A stretch of 64,000 nt of DNA from Terriglobia bacterium. GTDB lineage: Bacteria > Acidobacteriota > Terriglobia > 20CM-2-55-15. The DNA is taken from NCBI GenBank assembly GCA_963664115.2, contig CAXWPJ010000012.1, forward strand, positions 128,001 through 192,000, in the 5' to 3' direction. Of this stretch, positions 10,051 to 20,680 are shown piece by piece; position 1 is the first letter of the stretch, and each line of letters starts with the position of its first letter. The translations under genes were made by a program, and so were the position numbers. Below the pieces are notes generated by a model. It saw nothing but the letters and a program-made list of their open reading frames with translations. It made no database searches and was not told the origin of the DNA.

Positions 10051-11610
10051 GTGAGGGTTTATTCCATGTTACGAAGAGTTTCCGATTTCATCATTATTTT
10101 CGTGTGTGTCATGGGTTTGTCCGCCTGCCAGTCGGAGCTGCCCGCCACAACGGCGATCTGTGCGGAATTGACGTCGCTGACGCTGCCGAACACGACCATT
10201 ACATTGGCCGAAGATGTTGCGCCGGGGGCCTTCAGCCCGCCGGCAGGAGGAGCGGATGGTTTCCAGGATCTACCTGCTTTTTGCCGCGTCGCAGTAACGC
10301 TCACACCCAGCGCGGATTCGAACATCAAGGTCGAAGTCTGGCTCCCGACCGAGGGTTGGAACGGTAACTATCAACCGACTGGAAACGGGGGCTGGGCAGG
10401 TTCGATTGGCTTCGGCCGGATGTCGGACGTCCTTGCCGACGGGTATGCAACGTCCGGAACGGACACGGGCCATGAAGGCTTCACAAGTGAGTTCATGATG
10501 GGTAACCCGGAGCTGCTGACGGACTTTTCCTACCGCGCATTCCACGAAATGGTCGAAACATCGAAGGCCGTGATTGGAGAGTACTACGGCGACGGTCCCA
10601 CTCTTTCGGTGATGAATCAGGCCGGTGGCGCCGGTCGCCAGGCCATCTTGATGGCGCAGCTTTATCCAAACGATCTGGATGCAATTGCGGTGCCCGGAAC
10701 GCTCGACCTGTGGAAGACGCGGTACCACTTTGCACAAATGGCAACATTTCAGTCCGTCCACAGGAGTTCCGAGAGCCCTATTTCTGAAGAAAAGCGAGCC
10801 ATGGTCCATGAGGCGACGCTGGGTGCGTGCGATGCCCTGGTCGATGGTTCTGTGGATGGACTGATCGAAGATCCGCGCAGCTGCGACTTCGATCCAGGCG
10901 TGCTCCTGTGCCAGGGTCCGGACGGTCCCGATTGCCTGACCACAGCCCAGGTCGAAACAGCACGCTCCATGTACCGCCCGGTGATCCATGCCTCGACCGG
11001 CGAAGTCATAACGACCCACTATCTCCGCGGCAGCGAGCTGAACTGGGATTCACCCGAAGAGACACCCGCTACCATCAATGCATTGGAATTCTTTAAGGCC
11101 GCCGTGTTCGAGGACAGATCCTGGGACCACCTGGCGAGGCCTATCAACTTCGACACCGACTTCGAACGAGCGAACAGACCGGAGATGATCGAGGCCCTCA
11201 ACGCGACAGAGGCGGATCTCGGAGCATTCATGGGACGGGGCGGTAAGATCCTGATCGTTGGCGGTTGGGCAGATGCCAGCACGACCTGGTCCGGCAGCGT
11301 GGACTACTACGAGGCCGTTGTAGCCGAGATGGGTGAGTCCGCGCGCGACGGAATCCGCTTGTTCATGATTCCCGGCATGGGCCACATCATGAGTCCAAGG
11401 GGATCCATGGGCTTCAACTTCGACAGTCTTGGAGTTCTCCTGGATTGGAAGGAGACAGGCACCGCACCCGACCAGGTCGTCGTCAACCGCTACGCGGACG
11501 GTACGGAAGTGGGCACACGGCTCGTGTGCGCCTATCCACAAACGGCCAGGTATCAGGGCGCGGGCGATGTGAATGACGCTGCAAATTTCTCGTGCGTTTC
11601 GCCCGAGTAA
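10051..11610 (+). CDS. Tannase/feruloyl-esterase family alpha/beta hydrolase, probable lipoprotein, with non-canonical nucleophile elbow
   Basis: GNGGWAG, TDTGH, CDALVDG..DGLIEDPRSC, PGMGH, LVCAYP motifs; lipobox-like LSAC. Confidence 0.85.
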   Translation: MRVYSMLRRVSDFIIIFVCVMGLSACQSELPATTAICAELTSLTLPNTTITLAEDVAPGAFSPPAGGADGFQDLPAFCRVAVTLTPSADSNIKVEVWLPTEGWNGNYQPTGNGGWAGSIGFGRMSDVLADGYATSGTDTGHEGFTSEFMMGNPELLTDFSYRAFHEMVETSKAVIGEYYGDGPTLSVMNQAGGAGRQAILMAQLYPNDLDAIAVPGTLDLWKTRYHFAQMATFQSVHRSSESPISEEKRAMVHEATLGACDALVDGSVDGLIEDPRSCDFDPGVLLCQGPDGPDCLTTAQVETARSMYRPVIHASTGEVITTHYLRGSELNWDSPEETPATINALEFFKAAVFEDRSWDHLARPINFDTDFERANRPEMIEALNATEADLGAFMGRGGKILIVGGWADASTTWSGSVDYYEAVVAEMGESARDGIRLFMIPGMGHIMSPRGSMGFNFDSLGVLLDWKETGTAPDQVVVNRYADGTEVGTRLVCAYPQTARYQGAGDVNDAANFSCVSPE

Positions 11611-11631
11611 TTTAAGGACGGAAGGGGACGG

Positions 11632-11703
11632 GAAGGGGACGGACAGTTCATGCAATATTGTGACTTGGCGAGTGTATTTCGCCTGAAGTGTCCGTCCCCT
11701 TTC
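11632..11703. repeat. Intergenic inverted repeat (REP-like dyad or bidirectional terminator)
   Basis: AAGGGGACGGACAGTTCA ... TGAAGTGTCCGTCCCCTT between convergent genes. Confidence 0.6.
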
Positions 11704-11710
11704 CAGTATC

Positions 11711-12766
11711 TTAGCTGCGGATTTTTGGAATGACCTTCTCGCTGAAAAGGCGGATGGACTTCTCGGCTTCGTCGATGGAGAGATCGTTGAAGTTGACCTG
11801 AAGCGAAGCGACATCGAAACCGCCGGTGATTTCCTGGTATTCGCTAATGCGATCGGCGATGGATTCAGGGGTGCCGATAAAGGCGGCACATTTCTCCATT
11901 TGGGTCTCGATGGTCTCCTTGGCCAGCATCTCGATCACCTTATCGTAACCGGGATAGTCGACAGAGCTCTTGCCCTCAAGCCACCCGGCAGCAGCTACGA
12001 CAATCGATTTCAGGTAGCGGTTCAGTGGCCCACGCGCTATTTCCATGGCCTTGGATTCGTCCTCGTGACAGAACAAATGGTGCGCGAGCATGACCCGACC
12101 CTCGCCCGGGTGGCCGGCCCCCTTCCAGGCATCCCGGTAAGTCTTGATCAGATCGCCCATCATGCCGCCGGTGAGCGGGATGGCCATCACGTTGTAGCCC
12201 ATCCGGCCGGCGAACTCGAACGACGCGGGCGTTATAAGAGCGGCGACCCAGAAGGGCGGCCGGGGTTTCTGAGTGGGGCGCGGCAGGATGGTCACGTTAC
12301 GGAAGCTGTAGAATTGCCCCTCCTCAGTAACGTTCTCCTCTTCCAGAAGCTGTCTGACCTGCTCCATGCCCTCGGTGAACCGGGCCTTGCTCTCGTCCAG
12401 GCTGCGACCGAAGATTTCGAACTCGATCGGGAGGAAGGCGCGGGCGAAGCCACATTCCAGGCGCCCACCTGATATGGCGTCGAGCATGCCGATCTCACCG
12501 GCGATCTTCAGAGGGTTGTTGAAGATGGGTAGCACCGCACCGGTGACCAGGCGCGCATTTTGTGTGCGCTGGGAGGCGGCCGACAGGAAAAGGTGTGGGT
12601 TGGGCGAATAGCCCCCATAGGGCTGGAAATGGTGCTCGACCGTGCGGATATGGGTGAAGCCGAGTTCGTCGGCGAGTCCGGTCAGATGGAGGCAGTCGCC
12701 CCAGTAATCTACGCCCGATTTGAGGTCGGGACCGACGTCGGGAAAAAATTGAAGACCGAACTCCAT
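11711..12766 (-). CDS. LLM-class flavin-dependent oxidoreductase (luciferase-like)
   Basis: EHHF, LDAISGGRLECG, PRPTQKPRPP motifs. Confidence 0.9.
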   Translation of the reverse strand: MEFGLQFFPDVGPDLKSGVDYWGDCLHLTGLADELGFTHIRTVEHHFQPYGGYSPNPHLFLSAASQRTQNARLVTGAVLPIFNNPLKIAGEIGMLDAISGGRLECGFARAFLPIEFEIFGRSLDESKARFTEGMEQVRQLLEEENVTEEGQFYSFRNVTILPRPTQKPRPPFWVAALITPASFEFAGRMGYNVMAIPLTGGMMGDLIKTYRDAWKGAGHPGEGRVMLAHHLFCHEDESKAMEIARGPLNRYLKSIVVAAAGWLEGKSSVDYPGYDKVIEMLAKETIETQMEKCAAFIGTPESIADRISEYQEITGGFDVASLQVNFNDLSIDEAEKSIRLFSEKVIPKIRS

Positions 12767-12905
12767 GACAAACCTCCACCACATCCACAGGCCAATGCTT
12801 TTAGACCCCAAAACTCAGCAACATTCCGCATCCCACGCGGACCGGACAATGGGACCGCACATTGGAGGGTAGCGTGTTTGCCTGAAGGTTTCCAAACCTC
12901 CGACT

Positions 12906-13985
12906 TCAGTTCCCCGTTGGCTCCCCTGCCAATCGAGCGGCAGCACATTCACCAAGAATAGTCAGGTGGCGCAGCGGGGCTTCGAGGTCGACAAACGGGT
13001 GAGGATCTCCGGGATTCCGAAACCGCAGGGCATTGATCTTGTCCTTGAGTCTGTCCTGCGCAATATGACTCGTGATCAGAACATCTACGCGGGCATCAGA
13101 CAAAGTCTCCGAATAACGCTGGGCTGCAGTTCTGTAAGTACCGAAAGCGTCCGCACGGTCCCGGAAATACCGGAAACCAAAATTATTGCCACCCCAGATT
13201 GTCCCAAGATGGTTTCGGTTTCCATCCTCGAGAGGAATCAGCGCTGAGATCGTACCCGGGGTGTGGCCTGGAGTGATGTACAAGCGCACGGTCGTGTTGC
13301 CGAGGGTCACTTCCATCCCGTCGGTCGCCACAATGTCCCTCCGGGGTTTGAGGTCTTCAGGAGCACGATCCTGTTCGATCAGATCCCAGTCGGTCGCAGA
13401 CAGGATGATGCGCGCGCCGTAGGTATCCTGGAGGTGCCGGGCGCCTCCGAAATGGTCGGTATGTCCGTGGGACACGATGACATACTTGATATCGGCCGGA
13501 TCCAGACCGAGTTTCCTCAATCCCGCATCAACGGTCTCCTCGACGCTGTAATCGAAAGTAGCGTCGTACATGATGATGCCCTCAGAAGTCGTGATGGCCC
13601 AGGCCACCACACCCTCCGCAATGGACGCCGTCCGCGTACCGAGGTAATACAGATTGTCGAATACCTTGGCGGGTTCGTCGTACCACACCGAACGCGGCGG
13701 CGGGCCCCGTCGGACGGGAGCCCCCCCAGCTGGGGCAGCCTCCGCACGAGGCGCGGCGGGCGGCGGCTCAAAGCAAAGCCTGTCATATACCCAGCTTAAA
13801 TCCTGCCCCGGCCGGTACGCAGCATCACGGGCAATATCCAGATGGGCCTGGACCTCATCGCTTGGTGGGCTTTGTGGGGCCGCTCGCACACCCGCGACGA
13901 GGTTCACCTGGCCGGCAACGGCCAGAACCGCGATGCCAAAAAATAGCTGCGCCAGATAACGCTCCAAAGTTCCCTCCCCCTTCAC
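12906..13985 (-). CDS. Secreted MBL-fold hydrolase (B3 metallo-beta-lactamase-like)
   Basis: FDNLYYLG, SHGHTDH, TPGHTPG, signal peptide. Confidence 0.88.
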   Translation of the reverse strand: MKGEGTLERYLAQLFFGIAVLAVAGQVNLVAGVRAAPQSPPSDEVQAHLDIARDAAYRPGQDLSWVYDRLCFEPPPAAPRAEAAPAGGAPVRRGPPPRSVWYDEPAKVFDNLYYLGTRTASIAEGVVAWAITTSEGIIMYDATFDYSVEETVDAGLRKLGLDPADIKYVIVSHGHTDHFGGARHLQDTYGARIILSATDWDLIEQDRAPEDLKPRRDIVATDGMEVTLGNTTVRLYITPGHTPGTISALIPLEDGNRNHLGTIWGGNNFGFRYFRDRADAFGTYRTAAQRYSETLSDARVDVLITSHIAQDRLKDKINALRFRNPGDPHPFVDLEAPLRHLTILGECAAARLAGEPTGN

Positions 13986-14295
13986 AAAGACCGGGTCCGG
14001 TAATTGAGGTCGCCAGACTCTAGCAGATCCGAAAATCGATCTCTACCGGAAATCCGGAGGATTGCTCCCGACTCCCCCACGCCAGAGCTGATCAAAGCTG
14101 CCTATGAGGGATGGCCAGAATCACCGGGAGACATCAATAGGATGCAAACTTCTGACCGAAGCTGCTGCTGTTATGATAGTACCCGCCTTGACAATATCGT
14201 CTAGCGCCCGGTAACCGTGGGCATCCGCGTTGCCGTAGGTGCGGGGGGTGAAACGAATTAACTGAGGGAATGTCTGAACGAAAAAGGGGTCTGCC

Positions 14296-15198
14296 ATGCG
14301 AATCTACGCTTTGATTGGATTGATTGGAACGCTTCTGTTTGCTGGCCTCGGCGCGCAGCAACTGCCGGCACAAACGGTACCGGCACTGACCGTCCAGGAA
14401 GTCCTCTCCCGGAACATCAACGGGACGAGAGAGCAGCAAATGCGACCGATTCCACATAGGATCATCGGAAACCTCTACTACGTCGGCAGCGAAACACTCA
14501 GTTCCTTCCTGGTTGCCACGCCGGAGGGTCACATCCTGATCAACAGCACCTTCGAACGCAACGTTCCACTGATTCGACAGTCTGTCGAAAGACTGGGGTT
14601 CAACTTCGAAGACATCGAGATTCTTCTTGCGAGCCACGGTCACACCGACCATGTCGAGGGCGATGCGATGGTTAAGGAACTGACCGGCGCCGAAGTGATC
14701 ATGATGGCCGAAGACGTGCCGGGGGTCGAGCGCATAACGCCCGGCGGCAAGCCGCATCCCGTCGACGGAACGCTGCGGCATCTGGACGAAGTCTCCCTCG
14801 GTGGCACGACGCTTGTCGCGCATCTCACTCCCGCGCACACGCCAGGCTGCACGACCTGGACGATGACAATGGAAGCGGGCGGGGAGAACTATAACGTAAT
14901 GATTCTCGGTTGCGGGTTCGGCACCGGTTCTCTGGTCGACGAGGACGGAAGGATGACCGACCCGGTCGACCAGTACATCGCCAGCCTGAAATATCTGCGA
15001 AATATTCCCTGCGACGTGTTCCTCGCCGCCCACGGCCCGCAGTACAACCTGATGCCCAAATATGCCAACGTCGGCCGGACACCGAATCCTTTCATTGACC
15101 CTGAGGGTTGCAGAAACGAGCTGGACAACTGGGGGAAGTTGTTGATCGCCCGTATAGGTCAACAGGTGGAGGCAGCGCTCAGCCAAACGCCCGAATAG
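14296..15198 (+). CDS. Subclass B3-like metallo-beta-lactamase
   Basis: IIGNLYYVG, TPEGHILIN, SHGHTDH, HLTPAHTPGCTTW, CDVFLAAH. Confidence 0.88.
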   Translation: MRIYALIGLIGTLLFAGLGAQQLPAQTVPALTVQEVLSRNINGTREQQMRPIPHRIIGNLYYVGSETLSSFLVATPEGHILINSTFERNVPLIRQSVERLGFNFEDIEILLASHGHTDHVEGDAMVKELTGAEVIMMAEDVPGVERITPGGKPHPVDGTLRHLDEVSLGGTTLVAHLTPAHTPGCTTWTMTMEAGGENYNVMILGCGFGTGSLVDEDGRMTDPVDQYIASLKYLRNIPCDVFLAAHGPQYNLMPKYANVGRTPNPFIDPEGCRNELDNWGKLLIARIGQQVEAALSQTPE

Positions 15199-15318
15199 GG
15201 AGCGATACACTCAAACCAGAGCTGTAAGGAATTTCCAGGATTCGGCTGCAGCGCTTCAGTGAAGCCCCCGACTTCGTAGCGCCGCAACGCATCTGTCCCA
15301 ACTATTGTTACCGTCCGA

Positions 15319-16218
15319 CTATTTCTTCACGACTTTCTTGATCTGTCCCGGTTCGTCGGAGTCGACCATGTAGATTTCGCCGGTGCTCGGATCCCTCGTG
15401 ATATTGTGCGGCGCAGCTTCCAGCCCTGCAATCTCTTCGATGATCCTTCCGTCCTTCACGACGATGAGCTTGGTACCTCGTGTGTCGCCGATGTAAAACG
15501 TGTCGTTGTCATCCATCGTGAATCCCGAACCCATCGTAAGACCCAGCCCGGCCCATTCTTCGATGAACGTGCCGTCCTGGTCCCACACCTGAAGGCGCGG
15601 GTCATCGGAATGACGGTCCAGAACGACCAGGCGACCCATGGAGTCGATTTTGATCCCATGCAACTCTTCGAATTCGCCTGGGCCAGTTCCCGGAGTGCCG
15701 CCGATAATCTTGATGAACGCACCATCTCTGGAAAAATGCACGACGCGATTGTTCTCATAACCGTCCGCCACGAAAATATCGCCATTCGGAGCAATGACAA
15801 TATCGCTCGGGCGGTTGAAGGCATTCCTGGAGCTGTTGTCGCCGGCGACACCTTTCGTTCCGAGGGCCATCAACTGCTGGCCGTCCATGGTGAACTTGTA
15901 AACCATGTGGGCCCTTCTGTCCGTGACCCAGACGAAGCCTTCATGGTCAACATCAATGCTGTGTGTATCCACGAACATCCCCTCGCCCCAGGCACTCTGA
16001 AGTTCCCCTGAACGGTTGTAAACGAGGACGGGCGGTTCCGCTCGTCGAAACACGAGTATTGATCCCTTTCCGTCGGCAGCGACCGATATCGTGTCGCCCC
16101 ATTCCTCACCCGGGGGAGGCGCACCAAAGTTTGTTACTTCGTAGTTGCTGTTCGTTGTCTGTGCGGAAGCAGTCGCGACCAGAGCAAAGATCGCCAGGAC
16201 CTGGATGCAAAATTTCAT
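15319..16218 (-). CDS. NHL-repeat beta-propeller (PAL-like) secreted protein
   Basis: FNRPSDIVIAPNGDIFVADGYENNRVVHF repeats, signal peptide. Confidence 0.85.
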   Translation of the reverse strand: MKFCIQVLAIFALVATASAQTTNSNYEVTNFGAPPPGEEWGDTISVAADGKGSILVFRRAEPPVLVYNRSGELQSAWGEGMFVDTHSIDVDHEGFVWVTDRRAHMVYKFTMDGQQLMALGTKGVAGDNSSRNAFNRPSDIVIAPNGDIFVADGYENNRVVHFSRDGAFIKIIGGTPGTGPGEFEELHGIKIDSMGRLVVLDRHSDDPRLQVWDQDGTFIEEWAGLGLTMGSGFTMDDNDTFYIGDTRGTKLIVVKDGRIIEEIAGLEAAPHNITRDPSTGEIYMVDSDEPGQIKKVVKK

Positions 16219-16518
16219 TGATAACCTCCGTCGTTCTGCGCTTGGAACGAAAAAGCCTGTACTGGCCACAATATGTGGCGCTGTGATTCATGGCCGTGGT
16301 TCCCGAGTAGACATGCCCAGTCGGAAGCTGTCAAGAAATAATCCCTAGCCGATGCAATCACGAACGAGTTCTCGATGGGATGTCCGTCTCCGGGCCGGAT
16401 GTCCGACGTCGACCCCGGCAGCGGCGCAGCTGTCCGAACATTGAGAGGCCGCAAGACCCGGCTAATCCCCTCCCCTTGGGGTATGATCGCCTTTCGCCGC
16501 TATTGGAGGATGAGACAA

Positions 16519-17715
16519 ATGAAAAGATTGCTAACTTTAGGGTTTCTCGCTGCACTTTTGAACCTCGGCAACGGTCAGGAACTGGTCGCCCAGGATCTTC
16601 TGATCACCAACGCACGCATCATTGATGGCAACGGTGGGACGATCGAGCAGGGCTCCGTCGTGGTCCGGGACGGGCGTATCGCATCGGTTTCCGCAGGGAC
16701 CACGGCGGCGCCCGGGCTGATGGAAATCGACGCCCAGGGCATGACCCTCATGCCGGGATTCATCGACGCACATCGCCACATCATGCGGGGCGACGCGGAT
16801 CAATGGTTCAGTGAACAGGCATCCGACCGGATGCAGGAGTTTCTTGACGCCGGTTTCACAACGATACTCTCCGCCGGTGACTCCATTGAAGGCATTCTCG
16901 AACTTCGGAGACGGCTCGCCGAAGGCGAACTTGCCGGCCCCCGTCTCCTGACCTCAGGCCGCGCCAGTACCACAGGTAGCGAGGAGGAGGCCCGGGCCCA
17001 GGTCCGGACGGCTTCCGAAGCGGGAGTCGACGTTATCAAAAGCAGAATAGAAATTGTCCTGGAAGGAGAGCGTGCCAAGGAAATCCTGATGGCTATCACG
17101 GACGAGGCCCGGAAGGTGGATATACCGGTCATGGTCCATGCTGCAACACCGATCGATATGATCGCGTCTGTCGAAGCGGGCGTCGACCGGCTGGTCCACG
17201 TACCGCACGGGGGTTGGTTGGACGACACCGATGGCGCACGTATGGTGGCCGACGCCGGCATTCCGATGACGTCAACGATAGGATTCGGCGTTCCGGTGTT
17301 CGGGGTGTACGGGGACGACAATGTGCCCCGCTTTCGAAACGGCGGTCCGTGGCCGGACTCAATCCCCAGGGGCGGGATGATCCGCCCGGCCGGAGAGAAA
17401 GCGGTCAACGCCCGCTACCTCTGGGAGGCCGGGGTCACGATCGGCTTTGGAACCGACACCGGGTTTCACCCGAAGGATTCCCTCGCCCACGAATTGCGGC
17501 CGCTCACTCTGGTGTTTTCAGCCCAGGACATCATCGCGATGCTGGGAAAGAATGCTGCGGTCTTTCTCGAAATGGAAGACGAAATCGGGACCCTCGAGGC
17601 CGGCAAGGCTGCCGACATGGTGATCCTGGACGGTGATCCTCTGGAGGATATCTACGACGTGTTACATATCGGAATGGTGATCCAGGGTGGAAGAGTCGTC
17701 GTCGACAACCGATAG
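16519..17715 (+). CDS. Secreted amidohydrolase family protein
   Basis: MPGFIDAHRH, GTD, GTLEAGKAADMVILDGDP. Confidence 0.88.
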   Translation: MKRLLTLGFLAALLNLGNGQELVAQDLLITNARIIDGNGGTIEQGSVVVRDGRIASVSAGTTAAPGLMEIDAQGMTLMPGFIDAHRHIMRGDADQWFSEQASDRMQEFLDAGFTTILSAGDSIEGILELRRRLAEGELAGPRLLTSGRASTTGSEEEARAQVRTASEAGVDVIKSRIEIVLEGERAKEILMAITDEARKVDIPVMVHAATPIDMIASVEAGVDRLVHVPHGGWLDDTDGARMVADAGIPMTSTIGFGVPVFGVYGDDNVPRFRNGGPWPDSIPRGGMIRPAGEKAVNARYLWEAGVTIGFGTDTGFHPKDSLAHELRPLTLVFSAQDIIAMLGKNAAVFLEMEDEIGTLEAGKAADMVILDGDPLEDIYDVLHIGMVIQGGRVVVDNR

Positions 17716-17764
17716 GATGGGATAGCAAAGGGGCGGTTTGGGCCCGCCCCCTGTGTCGACGAAA

Positions 17765-18730
17765 CTAGGGCAACGCAACGCCGGCCCGGTCGCGATCGCT
17801 TCTCCCTTGACGGTGCCACACAACCTCGCCGCTCGTGATCCCGCCGTTGCTGATCGTGAAAGCGTAGCTCTGTTCTTCTCCAGGACCGAGTCTCGGAACT
17901 CGCCAGACTGCGCGACTACCGTCCTCAACACCCGAATACCCATCGGCAACTGCATCCGCTACGGTGGTCCCCTGTTCAAGGTTCAGCGTCACGGCAATGT
18001 TCTCTGCGGTCAGTCCGAGTCCCTCTTGCCCTCCATTTGCGACAACGAGGTTGTAAGAACCGGGAGCCGGTCCCGCCGTCACCCGCGACGAGATACTCAC
18101 ACGATATCCAAGCGTGTCCTTTAGATAGACATATATCTCTTCCAGGACACTCTCCGGCAGCCGCGCACGCGAATAGTTGCCCATTCGAACGGGTCCGGGG
18201 TTCTCTCCCAGATCGACGCGTAGCCCGTTCATGGTTGCCGCGTGATCGTAGACCAGGTCCTTCCACCACTCGAAATCGGCACCGAGCGAACCGGCATCCG
18301 CGCGAGGCCCTCCCAGTCCGTCACCGTGGCACTGTGCGCAGCCCACACCAGCGATGAGCAACTCCTGGGCGCGTGGTGCGTTGGCTGGAAGCGGTGTACG
18401 CCAGGGACCCGGTGCCGCCACCCGGGGCAGACCGCTCAAGTAGGCATGAAGGTTGGCCACTTCCTGATCGCTGTAAAGGACCGGGGGATAGGCGGGCATG
18501 ATGCCCCAGGGCTGCCTCACGGCTCGCGTGAACTGTTCCAGGGTCAACTGACGTCCTGCCAGATCCGGCCCGAATGCGCCCTCCCCGTTCGTGCCATGGC
18601 AATCGACACAACGGTTCAGACCCCGGTTTCCCCAGAGAACTCTGCCCGCCTCGGCATCGCCCTGAGCCGAAGCGTCTATGGCAAACGACAAAGGAAACAA
18701 CAGCAGTATCGCGATAAAGAATTGACGCAT
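17765..18730 (-). CDS. Di-heme c-type cytochrome with C-terminal beta domain
   Basis: CVDCH and CAQCH heme-binding motifs, signal peptide. Confidence 0.82.
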   Translation of the reverse strand: MRQFFIAILLLFPLSFAIDASAQGDAEAGRVLWGNRGLNRCVDCHGTNGEGAFGPDLAGRQLTLEQFTRAVRQPWGIMPAYPPVLYSDQEVANLHAYLSGLPRVAAPGPWRTPLPANAPRAQELLIAGVGCAQCHGDGLGGPRADAGSLGADFEWWKDLVYDHAATMNGLRVDLGENPGPVRMGNYSRARLPESVLEEIYVYLKDTLGYRVSISSRVTAGPAPGSYNLVVANGGQEGLGLTAENIAVTLNLEQGTTVADAVADGYSGVEDGSRAVWRVPRLGPGEEQSYAFTISNGGITSGEVVWHRQGRSDRDRAGVALP

Positions 18731-18830
18731 GTCTGGACCTCCTAACATGAAAAATGACACAACGCGACGGTTCTTGCAGACAGTCAAAACGGTGGCCGCT
18801 CGCGCGTGCTGTACCTAAATAGAACCCAAG

Positions 18831-19841
18831 TTACTGTTGCGATTCGAGGAACAGTCCCAGCTGTGCCTCGGCGCACTGACCGACAACCGTCAGATGACGC
18901 TGGACGGCCTCGGCGTCAACAAAGGGATGCGGTTCGCCGGGCTGTCGGAATCGCAAGGCGTTGATCCGCTCCAGGGTCCTGTCGTGGTTCGTATGGCTAG
19001 CCAGAAAGACATCCACCCGCGCCCTTGCCGTGATCTCCCGAAAGCGCTCGGCAGAGGAACTGTAGGTGGACAGGGCCTGGGAACGCTCAGGAAAGTGCCG
19101 GCCGCCGAGGGCGTTCCCTCCCCAGATGCTTCCCAGATGCCACCGGTCTCCATCCCTGAGTGGGATCAGCGTCGATATCGTGCCCGGTGTGTGACCGGGC
19201 GTGACATAGAGCGTCACGGTGGTATCACCCAGCGTCAGTTCCATCCCGTCGGTGGCCACCATGTCTTTTCTGGGTTTGATCTCAGACGGGTTGGCGTCGT
19301 TGGCTACGAGATTCCAGTCGGCCTCAGACATAATGATGCGCGCGCCGTACCTGTCCTGGAGTGTCTTGGCACCGAAGTAGTGGTCGGAATGGCCGTGGGA
19401 GATGATGACGTACTTGATGTCGGCCGCATCGAGCCCCAACTGTCGCAGCCCGTCGACGATCTCGTCTTCGACCATGTAGTCGAAGGCTGAATCGTGCAGA
19501 ATGATTCCCTCCGACGTCGTTACCGCCCACATGGAGTGCAGATAGCTGCCGACGTAATACAGATTGTCGAAGATTTTCTCTGGCGCCGCATACCATTCTT
19601 CGCGCGGTGGAATCGTTCTGGAGGCCGGCCGCGGTTCCGGATCCGGCGCGTTGATGACGTTAGTAGAAAACTCTCCGCAAAGCCTGTCGTATATCCATGT
19701 AAAGTCATGTCCCGGTGTATATGCCGCAGCCTTGGCTCGAGCATCGTGAGTTTCAGACGTGACGGTCTGGGCATTCGATACAGTCGAAATCCATCCACCC
19801 AGCAACATGACTGAGAGTAGCGACGGCAAGCAGATCTTCAT
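18831..19841 (-). CDS. Secreted MBL-fold hydrolase (paralog of 12906..13985)
   Basis: FDNLYYVG, SHGHSDH, TPGHTPG; shares YDRLC and HPFVD segments with 12906..13985. Confidence 0.88.
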   Translation of the reverse strand: MKICLPSLLSVMLLGGWISTVSNAQTVTSETHDARAKAAAYTPGHDFTWIYDRLCGEFSTNVINAPDPEPRPASRTIPPREEWYAAPEKIFDNLYYVGSYLHSMWAVTTSEGIILHDSAFDYMVEDEIVDGLRQLGLDAADIKYVIISHGHSDHYFGAKTLQDRYGARIIMSEADWNLVANDANPSEIKPRKDMVATDGMELTLGDTTVTLYVTPGHTPGTISTLIPLRDGDRWHLGSIWGGNALGGRHFPERSQALSTYSSSAERFREITARARVDVFLASHTNHDRTLERINALRFRQPGEPHPFVDAEAVQRHLTVVGQCAEAQLGLFLESQQ

Positions 19842-20086
19842 GATTCCTCCCGAACGTGAATTCTGATTCGATGATGGGTTCCAGAAGACTATCAGATAGG
19901 GAATGAGCGATAAAGCGAATGGTATTCTGACCCGTCAGAGACAATCGATCCTTTTCCTGTCAACCCGGAGGTCGCCGATTCAATCACGACCCGATAGCGT
20001 GCCCCTGCAAAGAACCCTATGATGGTGCAAGTTTGACGTGAGAGTCGTATCATCGGGTTCGTCCCAAACCGCGGAAGTGATTTCGA

Positions 20087-20680
20087 ATGCGCATAACTGC
20101 AAAGCGTCTTCTCCCTGTGCTCCTGTTCGCAGTGGCGACTCCCGCCCGTGCGCAGCTCGAGACCACCGAACCCGCTCCCGGCGTGTTCCTGGTTGCGAAA
20201 CCCGGGATGCCCGACCCGCGCTTTCAGCAAACTGTCATTCTCCTGCTCACCCACGACGACGGCGGCACAGCCGGGCTGGTTTTAACCCAGCCCTCAGGCA
20301 TGGCGCTAGCCGATGCGGACGAACCCAGGCATCCTGTTTACAGTGGCGGGCCGGTTGCCCCAAATCAGGCCCAGGTGCTTCTGAGGGGTGAACGGCCCAA
20401 CAGCACCTTCCGGAAAGTATGGGACGACGTGTGGTGGTGTACGGACATCGACGCCATCGAAGCCTTGCTGGAAGAGAACCCAGGTCCCGATGTTTTGCGC
20501 GTATTCGTGGGTTACGCAAGTTGGGCTCGGGGCCAGCTCGATGACGAACTCGCCGCCCCCGACGCCTGGGCTCTGTTCCAGGCCGAGCCCGACGACGTAT
20601 TTCTTTCGGATCCGGACGCCCTGTGGGACCGCTTCATGGGCCGCAACCGACGTCTCTTCGCGTCGCGCAGTTTAAGATAA
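20087..20680 (+). CDS. YqgE/AlgH family protein
   Basis: DPRFQQTVILL, GGPV, GYASW..GQL motifs. Confidence 0.88.
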   Translation: MRITAKRLLPVLLFAVATPARAQLETTEPAPGVFLVAKPGMPDPRFQQTVILLLTHDDGGTAGLVLTQPSGMALADADEPRHPVYSGGPVAPNQAQVLLRGERPNSTFRKVWDDVWWCTDIDAIEALLEENPGPDVLRVFVGYASWARGQLDDELAAPDAWALFQAEPDDVFLSDPDALWDRFMGRNRRLFASRSLR

